Assembly: GCF_009914755.1 (NCBI RefSeq)
Contig: NC_060932.1
Direction: 5' to 3' (one strand)
DNA length: 64,000 nucleotides
DNA from: the human T2T-CHM13v2.0 reference genome, Homo sapiens
The notes beneath the pieces are model-generated. The model saw nothing but the letters and a program-made list of their open reading frames with translations. It had not been told where the DNA came from and did not search any database. This document shows, in pieces, positions 1-12,155 of this stretch. The first letter of the stretch is position 1. Every line of letters starts with the position of its first letter. The position numbers and the translations under genes were made by a program.

Positions 1-5
1 GTGAG

Positions 6-11
6 ATTAAA
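6..11 (+). terminator. ATTAAA poly(A) signal, probably of the upstream gene (C8orf58 by recalled gene order)
   Basis: ATTAAA at 6-11 followed by gtgctttgt. The gene assignment comes from recalled locus order, not from this window. Confidence 0.4.
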
Positions 12-329
12 CTGCCTCAAAGTGCTTTGTAAACCTCAGGTGAATAGGAAAGGGGAAAGTAAGGCTGGAGTGATGATGGGGAGGTCGGAGGATAAGGGGG
101 GGCTGGGATTGCTAATGGGGACTAAAATGGCCAGTCTCCTGGCAAGATTTTGAGCAGGTCATTTCATTGAGGCCTCTTAGATTTCATATTTGAGAATTAG
201 GGCACTGATTCCTGACTGGCTAGGCATGGTGGTCACTGGCTTGAGTCAGACCAGGAATGTCTCTTAGAAATGGTCACTGATAGGCATCCTTCTCCTCCAG
301 TCAGGAGGGGCTGGTTTCCTTATCTGTTG

Positions 330-1300
330 CAGTCTCGACTGCCAGAGGGAGGCGAGCGTGGTAGGCAGTCGGGGGTCCCTTGTGTTTGGGGGGCCCAGCT
401 CCCGCTTCCTTTGAGCCCGGAACCAATGATCCGAAGCCTTCTTTCCTGATGGGATTCTTTAGCGAGGACACTACCGAGGCGCGACTTCCTGACGCGCATC
501 CGATCCGGGAAGGCGCACTTCCGCTCCCCAGTTGCCGCGGGATGGCAAGCCGGCGTGGGGGAAGGGAGAGGTCGGCGGAGACGAGGGAGGGACCATATCC
601 GGGAGAGCGGCAGCTTCCGACCAGTGGTCGCGCTTCCGGAGAGGCGCTTCCGGTGGCGGCGGCAGCAGCGGCTGTGGTGGTTCCGGGTGTCTTTGTCCCC
701 CCGGTGTCGCTGCCCTGGCCCGCAGGTGGGTTGGGGGGCCCCCCGCCGCCCCTCTGCCCCTTCGCCCCTCCGCCCCTCCGCTGGCCGAGGGGCTGCGAGG
801 GCCGGGCGGCGAAGATGCGTGGGGCGCGGAAGGGGCCGAGCCCCTCTTTGGACTGCAAGTCCCGTCTCCCTGGCAACGGCCTCGGCCTTGGGGGCGGGCG
901 GGAGGAGGAGAAACCGCGCGCCTCAGTCCTCCCTTGGTGGCCTCGCCGCGGCTCTGCTGGGAGACCCGGCGCTGGCGGCTGCTGAGGCCGGAGCGGAGGG
1001 CCCGGGAGCGTGGGAGCAGGAGGGTGGCGCGCAGCCGGTTTCGCGTTTGGTCGGCCAGGGAGCTGCCTTCCCACCAGCCGGTCGAGGAAACAACGGGTCG
1101 GGCTTCCGGGGAGAGGGCCCACACCGTCTCCTCGCCGGCACCGGCCTCCTCCATTTTTCCGGGCCTTGCGTGGAGGGTTTTGGCGGATGTTTTTGAACGA
1201 AGGAATGTCATCGGGGCTCTCCCGAGCCCCTCACCCCGCCAGCTACTCTGGGGGTGGCGTGGCATAGTGAGAGGAGCGCTAAGTTGTTGGGAGGCCTGGG
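330..1300. promoter_or_regulatory. CpG island / TATA-less CCAR2 promoter with clustered ETS (GABPA-type CTTCCG) sites
   Basis: Very high GC and CpG density. ACTTCCG 517-523, GCTTCCG 613-619, GCTTCCGG 632-639, GCTTCCGGT 646-654; GC-box-like ggggcggg near 891. Confidence 0.9.
640..725 (+). other. CCAR2: CCAR2 non-coding exon 1 (start approximate)
   Basis: Donor CAG|GTGGGT at 725/726 just downstream of the ETS cluster. Exon 2 acceptor gaag|cc at 1618/1619. Confidence 0.7.
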
Positions 1301-1309
1301 TGTGAGTAG

Positions 1310-1440
1310 CAGTTTTGTCACTACCTGGTTATGTGGCCCCGGGCAAGTCTCTTGATCTCTCTGAGCATCAGTTTCCTTGTCTGTAAAACAGCATGACAGT
1401 ATCATGCACCACTAGGTTATTGTCAGGGCAAACTGGAACA
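1310..1440 (+). mobile_element. MIR SINE fragment
   Basis: gggcaagtctcttgatctctctgagcatcagtttccttgtctgtaaaa resembles the MIR core. Confidence 0.7.
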
Positions 1441-1656
1441 ATGTAATTTCTTGTTTCATTTCTTTCTTCTCTATATTCTCTCCATCCATTGCTTTCATTC
1501 ATTCTTATTACCCACCTCCCTGTTTTCCGAAATATCCTTACTTAAGATTCTCCACTTTTCCGGGTATAGATGGAAATTTCCCTTATAAGCTGTTAATTTC
1601 TTTCTTTTTGGATTGAAGCCTTTTCCCCACGACTCTGAAAGAGGACAGCGTTCCCA

Positions 1657-1714
1657 ATGTCCCAGTTTAAGCGCCAGCGGATCAACCCGCTTCCAGGGGG
1701 ACGCAACTTCTCAG
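1657..1714 (+). CDS. CCAR2: CCAR2 exon 2 coding part (MSQFKRQRINPLPGGRNFS)
   Basis: ATG at 1657 with an in-frame upstream TGA at 1636; donor CAG|GTGATC. Confidence 0.97.
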
Positions 1715-1967
1715 GTGATCACTGTTCTCCCTACCTGGCCTCATCCTGGGAAGTATGTGCTCTGGAGTTAGTTTGGGGTTTCCCTGGTGGAGAGCAATTT
1801 GCTGCTGATGTTCCTCTGGAAAGCAGGAGATGCCCACAGTGATTGCCAGTGAAGCTCTGTGGAGGAGCTGGCTGGAGCTGTAGCCTTTGGATTTACCACA
1901 TCCTTTGGTTGACTCGTGCTTAAGGTGGTAGGGGCGGTTCCTGGAGATTGCTTCTCTTTCCCCATAG

Positions 1968-2059
1968 GCACAGCTTCAACATCTCTTCTGGGTCCTCCTC
2001 CTGGTTTGCTCACTCCTCCTGTGGCCACAGAACTGTCCCAGAATGCCAGGCACCTTCAG
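1968..2059 (+). CDS. CCAR2: CCAR2 exon 3 (GTASTSLLG...ARHLQ)
   Basis: catag| acceptor, CAG|GTAGGT donor, frame continuous. Confidence 0.97.
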
Positions 2060-2489
2060 GTAGGTTGGGCATCCCTTGTAGTAAGTTTCAGCCCTTGGGA
2101 CTGAATGCATGGAGGCCTGGTGCTCTTTTTCTCTTACATAATAGTGTTTATCATTCCTGATCCCTCTCCTGGTAGTGGGCTAGTATGGGGTTGCCCAGAT
2201 AGCCTTCAGACTGGGGCATCTTCATTTCTCGCTCCAGGGAAATCTTTAGCTTACGTCTTGGAATTAATGAACTGGAAATCCTAGAAGAAGCTTGTGGGTC
2301 AAGAACCAGCTCAAACATGCCCCAACCCCTAATGATGGAGTATGCCCACCACACCTGTACTTCACTCTGTGCGAACTCTTGATGCAGTACGCTGAGCTGG
2401 GGCGTGGGTTGAGATGAGACCTTCATGGCAGAGCGTGATTTTGTCCAGTTTCCTCCCTTTTACTTTTCAGCTGTCTCCTTCTCTTACAG

Positions 2490-2581
2490 GGTGGGGAGAA
2501 ACAGCGGGTCTTCACTGGTATTGTTACCAGCTTGCATGACTACTTTGGGGTTGTGGATGAAGAGGTCTTTTTTCAGCTAAG
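2490..2581 (+). CDS. CCAR2: CCAR2 exon 4 (GGEKQRVFTG...VFFQL), S1-like domain
   Basis: ttacag| acceptor, AAG|GTAGGC donor. Confidence 0.97.
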
Positions 2582-2792
2582 GTAGGCTTGAGGTTGGTCC
2601 CCTAACGGAAATGCTTATTGGATTCAGTTCTGTCACCATGCTGGTATTGCCCCCACCCGCCTCAAAGCCATTGCTTTGCTGTTTTTGTGCAAGGTGTGGG
2701 AAATCTTGATGGGAAAGGCCTCATAGGGGCAGTCAGGGTGGCCTGGCCAGGGTCCCTCTCCTGATGGGGCCTTCTGGCTTGTGTGCTGACAG

Positions 2793-2907
2793 TGTGGTGA
2801 AGGGCCGTCTGCCCCAGCTGGGTGAGAAGGTGCTGGTGAAGGCTGCATACAACCCAGGCCAGGCAGTGCCCTGGAATGCTGTCAAGGTGCAAACGCTCTC
2901 CAACCAG
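2793..2907 (+). CDS. CCAR2: CCAR2 exon 5 (VVKGRLPQLG...TLSNQ), S1-like domain
   Basis: gacag| acceptor, CAG|GTATTC donor. Confidence 0.97.
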
Positions 2908-3078
2908 GTATTCATATCTCCTTAGCATGTGCATTGGAAAGGGAAGGGATGGAAGCCCCTGTGCCCTGACAGCTGGGCAAAACCCTGACTTTTGTCAGGG
3001 GGGTGGGACTGCATCTTTCCAAGGTAGTGAGTGCCTCAACCATGGGGTCCCCTGAATTTCCTGGCTCCTGTTCTGCAG

Positions 3079-3208
3079 CCCCTACTGAAGTCCCCAGCAC
3101 CTCCTCTTCTGCATGTAGCAGCCCTGGGCCAGAAGCAAGGGATCCTGGGAGCTCAGCCTCAGTTGATCTTCCAGCCTCACCGGATTCCCCCACTCTTTCC
3201 TCAGAAGC
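3079..3208 (+). CDS. CCAR2: CCAR2 exon 6 (PLLKSPAPP...LFPQK)
   Basis: ctgcag| acceptor, AGC|GTGAGT donor. Confidence 0.97.
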
Positions 3209-3350
3209 GTGAGTACGAGTGGCACTGTTGTTGGGTGTGGCATTATGGGGTAGTTTAGATCAATGGACTTTCAGGTTGCTGCTCTTAGCATAGAGGTGGG
3301 TACTTCTATGTACTGGAAGAAAGGTGGGCAATCTGGATAGGTGTTTAGGG

Positions 3351-3809
<459 letters not shown>

Positions 3810-3852
3810 GGTTTTTAGGGTTTTTGAGTCACCAGTCATTTCCTTTCTGCAG

Positions 3853-3949
3853 CTCTGAGTCTCTTCCAAACATCCCACACACTTCACCTGAGCCACCTGA
3901 ACAGATTTCCTGCCCGGGGCCCTCATGGACGGTTGGATCAGGGCCGAAG
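3853..3949 (+). CDS. CCAR2: CCAR2 exon 7 (LSLFQTSH...LDQGR)
   Basis: ctgcag| acceptor, AAG|GTAAGA donor. Confidence 0.97.
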
Positions 3950-4000
3950 GTAAGAGGATGATGTCCCTTTTTTTGGCCACTTGTTGACACTAACATTCTC

Positions 4001-4081
4001 TTTATTTTATTATTATTTTTTTGTGTTGGCCAGGAAGTGAACCCAGGTCAACTGCTTGGAAGGTGGCTATGCTTACCACTA
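4001..4081 (-). pseudogene. tRNA-Gly(TCC) retrocopy, 5'-truncated, A-tailed
   Basis: Reverse complement reads TAGTGGTAAGCATAGCCACCTTCCAAGCAGTTGACCTGGGTTCACTTCCTGGCCAACACA plus an A-rich tail. TSD cactaacattct at 3988-3999 and 4077-4088. Confidence 0.9.
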
Positions 4082-4870
4082 ACATTCTTTGCCTGCAGCT
4101 AGATCCTAGTCCCTTTTCTGTGAAGTATGTAGACACAACTGAAATGTGTATAAAAATATTGGAATTTTATACAGTGGTTAAGCAAGCAGGGAGTTGATAC
4201 AGTTCATCTTTCAAAATGTCATGTTGAGATACTTCTTAAATACTCTTCTGTTTCTAGTCCCTAAGTTGAGATGATAGGAATGGAAACTCTCAATAGTAAC
4301 ATGTCAAAACAACTAGAACACTGCAGTATCTGTTCTCGTTGTTTAAAACGTTTCTTTATAGACACCATACTCATCAGTATGCTGTTAGAAGGTGTATATT
4401 GCACTCTGCCTGGGAGTTCAGGCCCCCGTGCCTTGGACACACAGGTAGCTTTCTCAGCCATGTGTGGAGCAAGCATGGCTGATTTGGGCCTTTAGGGTAT
4501 CCTGGTGATGCTGTGTCATCTGTAGCATTGGGGACCACTAGGAGCATGCTGTCCCGTCTTCTCTCCAGTTCACATGTTCCTTCCTCAGTCTCACTCTCCC
4601 TGAGTGTTTTGCTTATACCTCTAAAAGTTAAGCTCCAGAATGATTTGTTTAAGACTCGTTCTAGTTCTGTCTTCATTTTAAACTTGTTATAATGGAGAAT
4701 TTCACTATATGCAAGGTAAACAGAAAGGTGTGAGGAACCTTATTATACCCATTACCCAGCTTCTTCAAGTATCAGCTACCATTCTTTTTCATCTCTACCT
4801 CCATCTATTCACTGCTCCCACTTGATTTTGTTAAGGTAAAAAATTTTAACGTGGAACTGATGTAGATTGA

Positions 4871-5337
<467 letters not shown>

Positions 5338-5778
5338 ATTGTGAATTCTAAGTAGGGGGAAGCTTTGGGATTGTTTGCCATGGGGTTTCCACTGCTTGAA
5401 ACCCTGTGTCCCATTCTCCATTGTAGACACCATATTCATAAGTATATAAATATATCCAGTCGCTGGTATATATTTTGTGTTTACCCACTCCTCTTGTCCT
5501 GTGCATCTTCCTGGTCCTCAGTTTCTAGGGACCTTCTCCCTTTCACAGTGTGTGAGTTTATTAAAGGCTTCATTACAAAATCACAGCAGGTGCCTTCTGA
5601 GACGGTGTAGCCTGGGTGAAACTCTGTGACTGCCGTGGACTTTCTGCTTTACGGTTAATTTCAGGCTTTCTCTATCAGTTGCATTTGATTGTCCTGGACG
5701 TGCTGAGGCCCATGCAAGGTCTGTTGTATTACTTTGGCCATTATGCTTCAGTGTCACAGCTTCTACAGAAAGGACGTA

Positions 5779-6006
5779 CAGGTTGAGCATCCTAAATCCT
5801 TAAACCCAAAGTACTCTCAAATCGAGAACTTTTTGAGTGCTGACATGGCACTCAAAGGAAATGTTTATTGAGCATTTCAGATTTGGATTTTTGGATTTGG
5901 GATGCTCAGCCAGTAGGTATAATGCAAACATTGCAAAATCTGAAAAAAATTCCAAACCCAGGATGCTTCTGGTCCCAAGCATTTCAGATAAGGGATACTC
6001 AACCTA
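5779..6006. mobile_element. Tigger4a/MER46 (Zombi)-like non-autonomous Tc1/mariner element
   Basis: TA|caggttgagcatcc...ggatactcaaccta|TA terminal inverted repeats with a TA target duplication. Confidence 0.85.
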
Positions 6007-6910
6007 TACTACCATTGGGAGGGAGATATTATATTACCATTCGTCAGTAGAGAGAATGTGCAGAGTGGGGCCAGGGGTAGTAGGAAGTAGGTCATTCTGG
6101 GGCAGCAACTTTTATTTATTTATTTAGTTTGTCAGCTTTTAATTTATGAAGGACTCAGCCACATTAATGTTTTGCATGGAAGCCAAGCTTTATTTTGAAT
6201 TCCTGGCTTTGGGATGCAGAGAACAATGTCTCCATTGAGCAGCTACTGCTGTGCTGTGGTTTTTAGACAGGTGTACCCAGCTGGGCTCTGCTGCTGCAAG
6301 TCCTGAGAGGTCAGCCCCTGGTGCTGCCTTACAACCTCCTGACAATGTACAGGAAGCGGAGGAAAGTGGCCACACAGTGTACAGCGTTGAGTGGACCATA
6401 ACAGTTTAGCTAGAGGCCGACAGCATTCCTGCGAGCTGGAGAGTTGTCAAAGTGGCTTTGGCATGGGTCTTCTATTAGAAACATGGGCTACTGACATCCC
6501 ATCGGGGCTAGAGAAGAAGGCCACTTTTGGATGGAGATGCTCATGCACATGGAAGTGACCAAGGCCAACAGAAAAGAGCAGGCATCATGATAAATCTCTT
6601 CAGCTTAGTCACTGGGGTGTGAACAGGGAAATGACCCAGGCAGGTCTAAAAGGCAGAACAAGAACCTTCTGGTGAATACAATCAACTCAGTTACCCAGGC
6701 ACAGAGAAATGGCAGTGGGTTTTATTTCTCTCATGTGACATGGGGGGTTTTCCCCTTATCAGTCTGGCACGTTATAATGAATGGTCTAAAGGTTTTTTCT
6801 CCTCAACTATTTTTATTTATTGTACCCATATCTATTGCACTTATAACGTAGTTATAGTGTAATACTGTGGTGACTTATTATAAAAATGTGTAAAGCAGTA
6901 CATGCTATTA

Positions 6911-7507
<597 letters not shown>

Positions 7508-7841
7508 CTATACATGTGCATACTTTTTGCAATTTTAATCTTACAGTTCAAATTATTTTTGTGTATTTATAAACAGTTTTCCATATTGCAGCATAATCCT
7601 GAGTGTTTTAATGGCTGCGTGATTGTTTGTATTTACTATGAAAATTTGGGTATTGCTGAGTATGTATTTGGTTTTTTACTCTCAGTTTATGCTGCTTCAT
7701 ATTTTTCCACTATGTGTAGTCTTTCTTCTTCTTTTGAATTAACTTTCTTGGGACAAATTTTCAAGAGTGTAATTACTGGAGCAAATGGTTTGAGTGTTTT
7801 TATGACTTTAATGTGTATTATTAAGGATTTGTAACTGTCTC

Positions 7842-8141
7842 TTTTTTTTTTTTTGGTGAGACAGAGTATCGCTCTGTTGCCCAGGCTGGAGTGGAATGGC
7901 GCGATCTCGGCTCACTGCCACCTCCGCCTCCCCGGTTCAAGCGATTCTCCTTGCCTCAGTCTCCCGAGTAGCTGGGATTACAGACGTGTGCAACCACACC
8001 TGGCTACTTTTTTGTATTTTTAGTAGAGATAGGGTTTCACCGTGTTGGCCAGGCTGGTCTTGAACTCCCGACCTCAAGTGATCCGCCCACTTCGGCCTCC
8101 CTAAGTGCTGGGATAACAGGCGTGAGCCACCGCGCCCAGCC
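7842..8141 (-). mobile_element. AluS, full length
   Basis: TSD ttgtaac(t/c)gtctctt on both sides. Confidence 0.95.
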
Positions 8142-8163
8142 TTGTAACCGTCTCTTCTAATAA

Positions 8164-8460
<297 letters not shown>

Positions 8461-8911
8461 AAATTTACTTTAAAGGACGCATAGCATGGATCCATATATG
8501 CGTCTCTTGTTTTTAAAAGAAAAATCATTTTTTTCTCATTTCAAAAAAATCACGTTAACTATAATTAATGAAGTGCAGAAAAATAGAAAATTATTCGTAA
8601 GCTTTCCAGAGGCTTCCATCATTAATATTTTATTTCCTTTCAGTCTTCTAAAGTTGTTTTTGCAGTAGCTGAGGCCTACTGTGTATACAGTGTTGCAGAG
8701 TGTGCTTTTTGCTTAACAGGAATGTTTATTAAAACAGTAAATATCCATTTTAATATCTTTATAACATTCTGTCATATGGCTGTTAGCATGGATTCTTTTT
8801 CCATTTATTGAATGTGAGGGATTTCGATTGTTTCCAGTTCTTTTAGTTCAGTTTGTATTGAATACATATAACAATGTGGTTTCTTACTGTTGGTGATGGG
8901 TCAACCTCTAG

Positions 8912-9031
8912 TGATGACTATGACTCCAAGAAACGCAAACAGCGGGCTGGTGGAGAGCCCTGGGGTGCTAAGAAGCCAAGGCATGACCTGCCTCCTTACC
9001 GGGTCCACCTCACTCCTTACACTGTGGACAG
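8912..9031 (+). CDS. CCAR2: CCAR2 exon 8 (DDYDSKKRKQR...YTVD), basic NLS
   Basis: ctctag| acceptor, CAG|GTGAGT donor. Confidence 0.97.
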
Positions 9032-9976
9032 GTGAGTGGCGAGGCTGAGGTGGGCTGAGTCTTGCTGCTGGTAATAGTTTCTTATGTAAATAAGATGGCG
9101 TCTATGCAAGTGCACATGTATGTTCTTACAGCCTTTTCTTACAAAACGAAAAGCACATGGAAACCTGTTGTACATACTGTTTGGTGGTTTGCCTTTTCAC
9201 TGAATGTACTTTAGATTTTATTTCGTATGAACATTTATTAGATCTAGTTCTTTTTTTTTTTAGCAACTACACAGTATTCATTGAATGGATGAACATGATT
9301 TATTTACCCAGTTCTCCATTTGCACTCTATCCTAAATTTTCTTGGAATGAACATCCTTCTACCTACACCTGTGTGTTTGTTGCGATCAATTTCTAGAAAT
9401 GGAGCAGCTGGCTCAAAGGCTTTGCTTTAAGCTTCCATAGCTATTGCCAGTTCTCCTGAAGAGGCTGTGCCCCTTCTGCTCTAACCAGTGGGGTGTGGAG
9501 ACCTTATTTCCCCGTGCCTTTGCCAACACTGTTAGCCGACTTTTTCATCTTTGTCTGTCTAGTTGGTGACACATGATAATGTGGTTTGCATTTCTTTAAT
9601 TGTAAGTGAGATTGAGCATATTTTCCTGGCCTCTAATTCTTATGTATTTCTCTTAAGAACCTATTGATGTCAATTTTCCGTTTTAGGCTTTTGAACTTTT
9701 TGTTACTGATTTGTGAGTTCCTTTATATTAAGGCAATGACCCATTTCTCTGTCATGTGTTATAAGTGTTTCCTTTTTTCCCTTTCCCAGTTTGACTTTTG
9801 CCATCTAGAGTTTGTAAATTAAGTGGTCAGATCTGATCTAGCTTCCTTGAGAGGTGCCTTACTTCAAAAGTTCTCAGACTGAAAAAAAATTCGCCCATTT
9901 TTTCAAATCTTTGATGGTTTCATTTCGAATGTTTTAGTCTTTGCTCAGTCTGGATTCCCTTGCTGTCTTCCTGTAG

Positions 9977-10199
9977 CCCCATCTGTGACTTCCTAGAACT
10001 CCAGCGCCGTTACCGCAGCCTCCTGGTCCCCTCAGATTTTCTGTCCGTGCATCTGAGTTGGCTATCAGCCTTCCCCCTGAGCCAGCCCTTTTCCCTCCAT
10101 CATCCAAGCCGGATCCAGGTCTCTTCTGAAAAGGAGGCAGCTCCAGACGCTGGTGCTGAGCCCATCACTGCAGACAGTGACCCCGCTTATAGTTCAAAG
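9977..10199 (+). CDS. CCAR2: CCAR2 exon 9 (PICDFLELQRRY...AYSSK), leucine-zipper region
   Basis: ctgtag| acceptor, AAG|GTAAGC donor. Confidence 0.97.
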
Positions 10200-10274
10200 G
10201 TAAGCTGACAGGCGTCTCTCACTTATCTGATTTCTGGAGGCTGAAGGCAGCTCTGAGTGTCTCCTCCTGCACAG

Positions 10275-10388
10275 GTACTGCTGCTCTCTTCCCCGGGGTT
10301 GGAGGAATTGTATCGTTGTTGCATGCTCTTTGTGGATGACATGGCTGAGCCAAGGGAGACGCCAGAGCATCCTCTGAAGCAGATTAAG
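10275..10388 (+). CDS. CCAR2: CCAR2 exon 10 (VLLLSSPG...LKQIK)
   Basis: cacag| acceptor, AAG|GTAAGA donor. Confidence 0.97.
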
Positions 10389-10744
10389 GTAAGAGCTGGA
10401 GAGCAGGAGGAGATGCATTCACGGGTAATGTGCACAACCTGTCATGTTTTGAGTGTTCGGCTCCTGTTCCTGAATGCATAAAACGAGGCATCTCAGAGCC
10501 GAACACCCCTCATTTCACCCAGGAGGAAGGTGCAGCTCAGAGCTGTTACGACTAGTCAGAGAGAGCGAGGTGGCTGGTTCATGTTTGCAGATAGAGACCT
10601 CACTGTGTGGTGGACTTCCCCACTTCCTGCTGCCTTCATCCTGATGGGTGGCTGCCTTCATCCTGATGGGTGGCAGCCTTGCCCTGCAGTGGGAGACCCA
10701 GGTAATGTAGTTTTTTGTTTTGTATCCCTGATCTCTTCTTGCAG

Positions 10745-10908
10745 TTTTTGCTGGGCAGGAAAGAAGAGGAGGCAGTGCTGGTTGGGGGTGAATGGTCTCC
10801 TTCCCTGGATGGCCTCGACCCCCAGGCTGACCCGCAGGTGCTGGTGCGTACCGCCATCCGCTGTGCGCAGGCCCAGACTGGCATTGATTTGAGCGGCTGT
10901 ACCAAGTG
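10745..10908 (+). CDS. CCAR2: CCAR2 exon 11 (FLLGRKEEE...GCTK), Nudix-homology domain
   Basis: ttgcag| acceptor, GTG|GTGAGT donor. Confidence 0.97.
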
Positions 10909-11331
10909 GTGAGTGGGCTTCCTGAGCCTCAGCTGCACCAACGCACCAGGTTGGGGAGGTTTTGTTGGGAAGGCCCGGTCCCTGCCCCTTTCTGCTGGTT
11001 AGCTCTCTGCCCCCTAGTCCCGTTCCTTCCCCCTCTGGTGCCTCAGGGTAGGGTGGGGTGTATGCCAAAATCTGGCTGAGCCACCAGGCTGCACTTGAGA
11101 CTCCCTGGAGTTGTCCTTGCACCTTGTAGGGTGCTTGTGTGGTTGCGGCCTCCCCACTGACTGATCATTTCTTGAGGACTTGGTCTGTAGCTTTCCTGTT
11201 GTGTCTTCAAAGCTTGGTTCGCAGTGTGTGCTCATTGAGTGCTGACTGGAAACTGAAGCCCTTGCCTGTGAACGTGGTGTCTGCGTGGAGTTGTCACTAA
11301 AGAAGTTAGTACCTCCTTTTGCCATGTGCAG

Positions 11332-11503
11332 GTGGCGCTTTGCCGAGTTTCAGTACCTGCAGCCGGGACCCCCCCGGCGGCTTCAGACAGTGGTGGTGTA
11401 CCTGCCGGATGTCTGGACCATCATGCCTACTTTGGAGGAGTGGGAGGCCCTGTGCCAGCAGAAAGCTGCAGAGGCAGCTCCCCCAACCCAGGAGGCACAA
11501 GGG
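11332..11503 (+). CDS. CCAR2: CCAR2 exon 12 (WRFAEFQY...PTQEAQG), contains the T454-Q ATM/ATR site
   Basis: gtgcag| acceptor, GGG|GTAAGG donor. The cumulative codon count places the TQ motif at residue 454. Confidence 0.97.
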
Positions 11504-11588
11504 GTAAGGCTGTGCCTTAGCCAGCAGCGGGGGATATAGGTGGCCTAATCCTGGGACCCAGAGGGTCTCATTTCAGCTGTTGTCACAG

Positions 11589-11819
11589 GAAACGGAGCCT
11601 ACTGAACAGGCACCTGATGCCTTGGAGCAAGCAGCAGACACTTCTAGACGGAACGCAGAAACTCCAGAGGCCACCACACAGCAGGAAACGGACACTGATC
11701 TCCCAGAGGCCCCTCCACCCCCCCTAGAACCTGCTGTCATCGCACGCCCTGGCTGTGTAAACCTGTCCCTCCATGGGATTGTGGAGGATCGGAGGCCAAA
11801 GGAAAGGATCTCTTTTGAG
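11589..11819 (+). CDS. CCAR2: CCAR2 exon 13 (ETEPTEQ...RISFE), ends at a GC donor
   Basis: cacag| acceptor. Only GAG|GCAGGT keeps the frame into exon 14. Confidence 0.95.
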
Positions 11820-11918
11820 GCAGGTGTCAAGAGTCTTGGGGAGGCTGTGGGCTGGGATCTGTGGGCCTGAAGCAGTCTTTCTTCCTGATGCTCATGGACC
11901 CTCCCACCTCCCCATCAG

Positions 11919-12155
11919 GTGATGGTGCTGGCCGAGCTGTTTCTGGAGATGCTCCAGAGGGATTTTGGCTATAGAGTTTATAAGATGCTACTGAGCCTTC
12001 CTGAAAAGGTCGTGTCCCCACCTGAACCTGAGAAGGAGGAGGCGGCCAAGGAAGAAGCCACCAAGGAGGAAGAAGCCATCAAAGAGGAGGTGGTCAAGGA
12101 GCCCAAGGATGAGGCACAGAATGAGGGCCCGGCTACAGAGTCAGAGGCCCCGCTG
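11919..12155 (+). CDS. CCAR2: CCAR2 exon 14 (VMVLAELF...SEAPL)
   Basis: atcag| acceptor, CTG|GTGAGT donor. Confidence 0.97.

Noticed and set aside
301-1305. Five overlapping 200-270 aa ORFs on both strands
   Set aside because: They lie in the CpG island, where stop codons are scarce. They are low-complexity G/P/R/A-rich, have no recognisable domain, and are not in frame with CCAR2 (in-frame TGA at 1636).
4022-4081. Functional tRNA gene
   Set aside because: The 5' acceptor strand is missing, the T-loop/B-box is mutated (GTTCACTTCC), and a tail and TSD are present: a retrocopy.
4362-4444. 83-nt pseudo-exon (ctttatag| ... CAG|GTAGCT) in CCAR2 intron 7
   Set aside because: The donor is weak and such site pairs are common by chance; no additional support.
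10200-11588. Short CCAR2 introns (75 and 85 nt) as mirtrons or snoRNA hosts
   Set aside because: No end-to-end pairing and no convincing C/D or H/ACA box arrangement seen.
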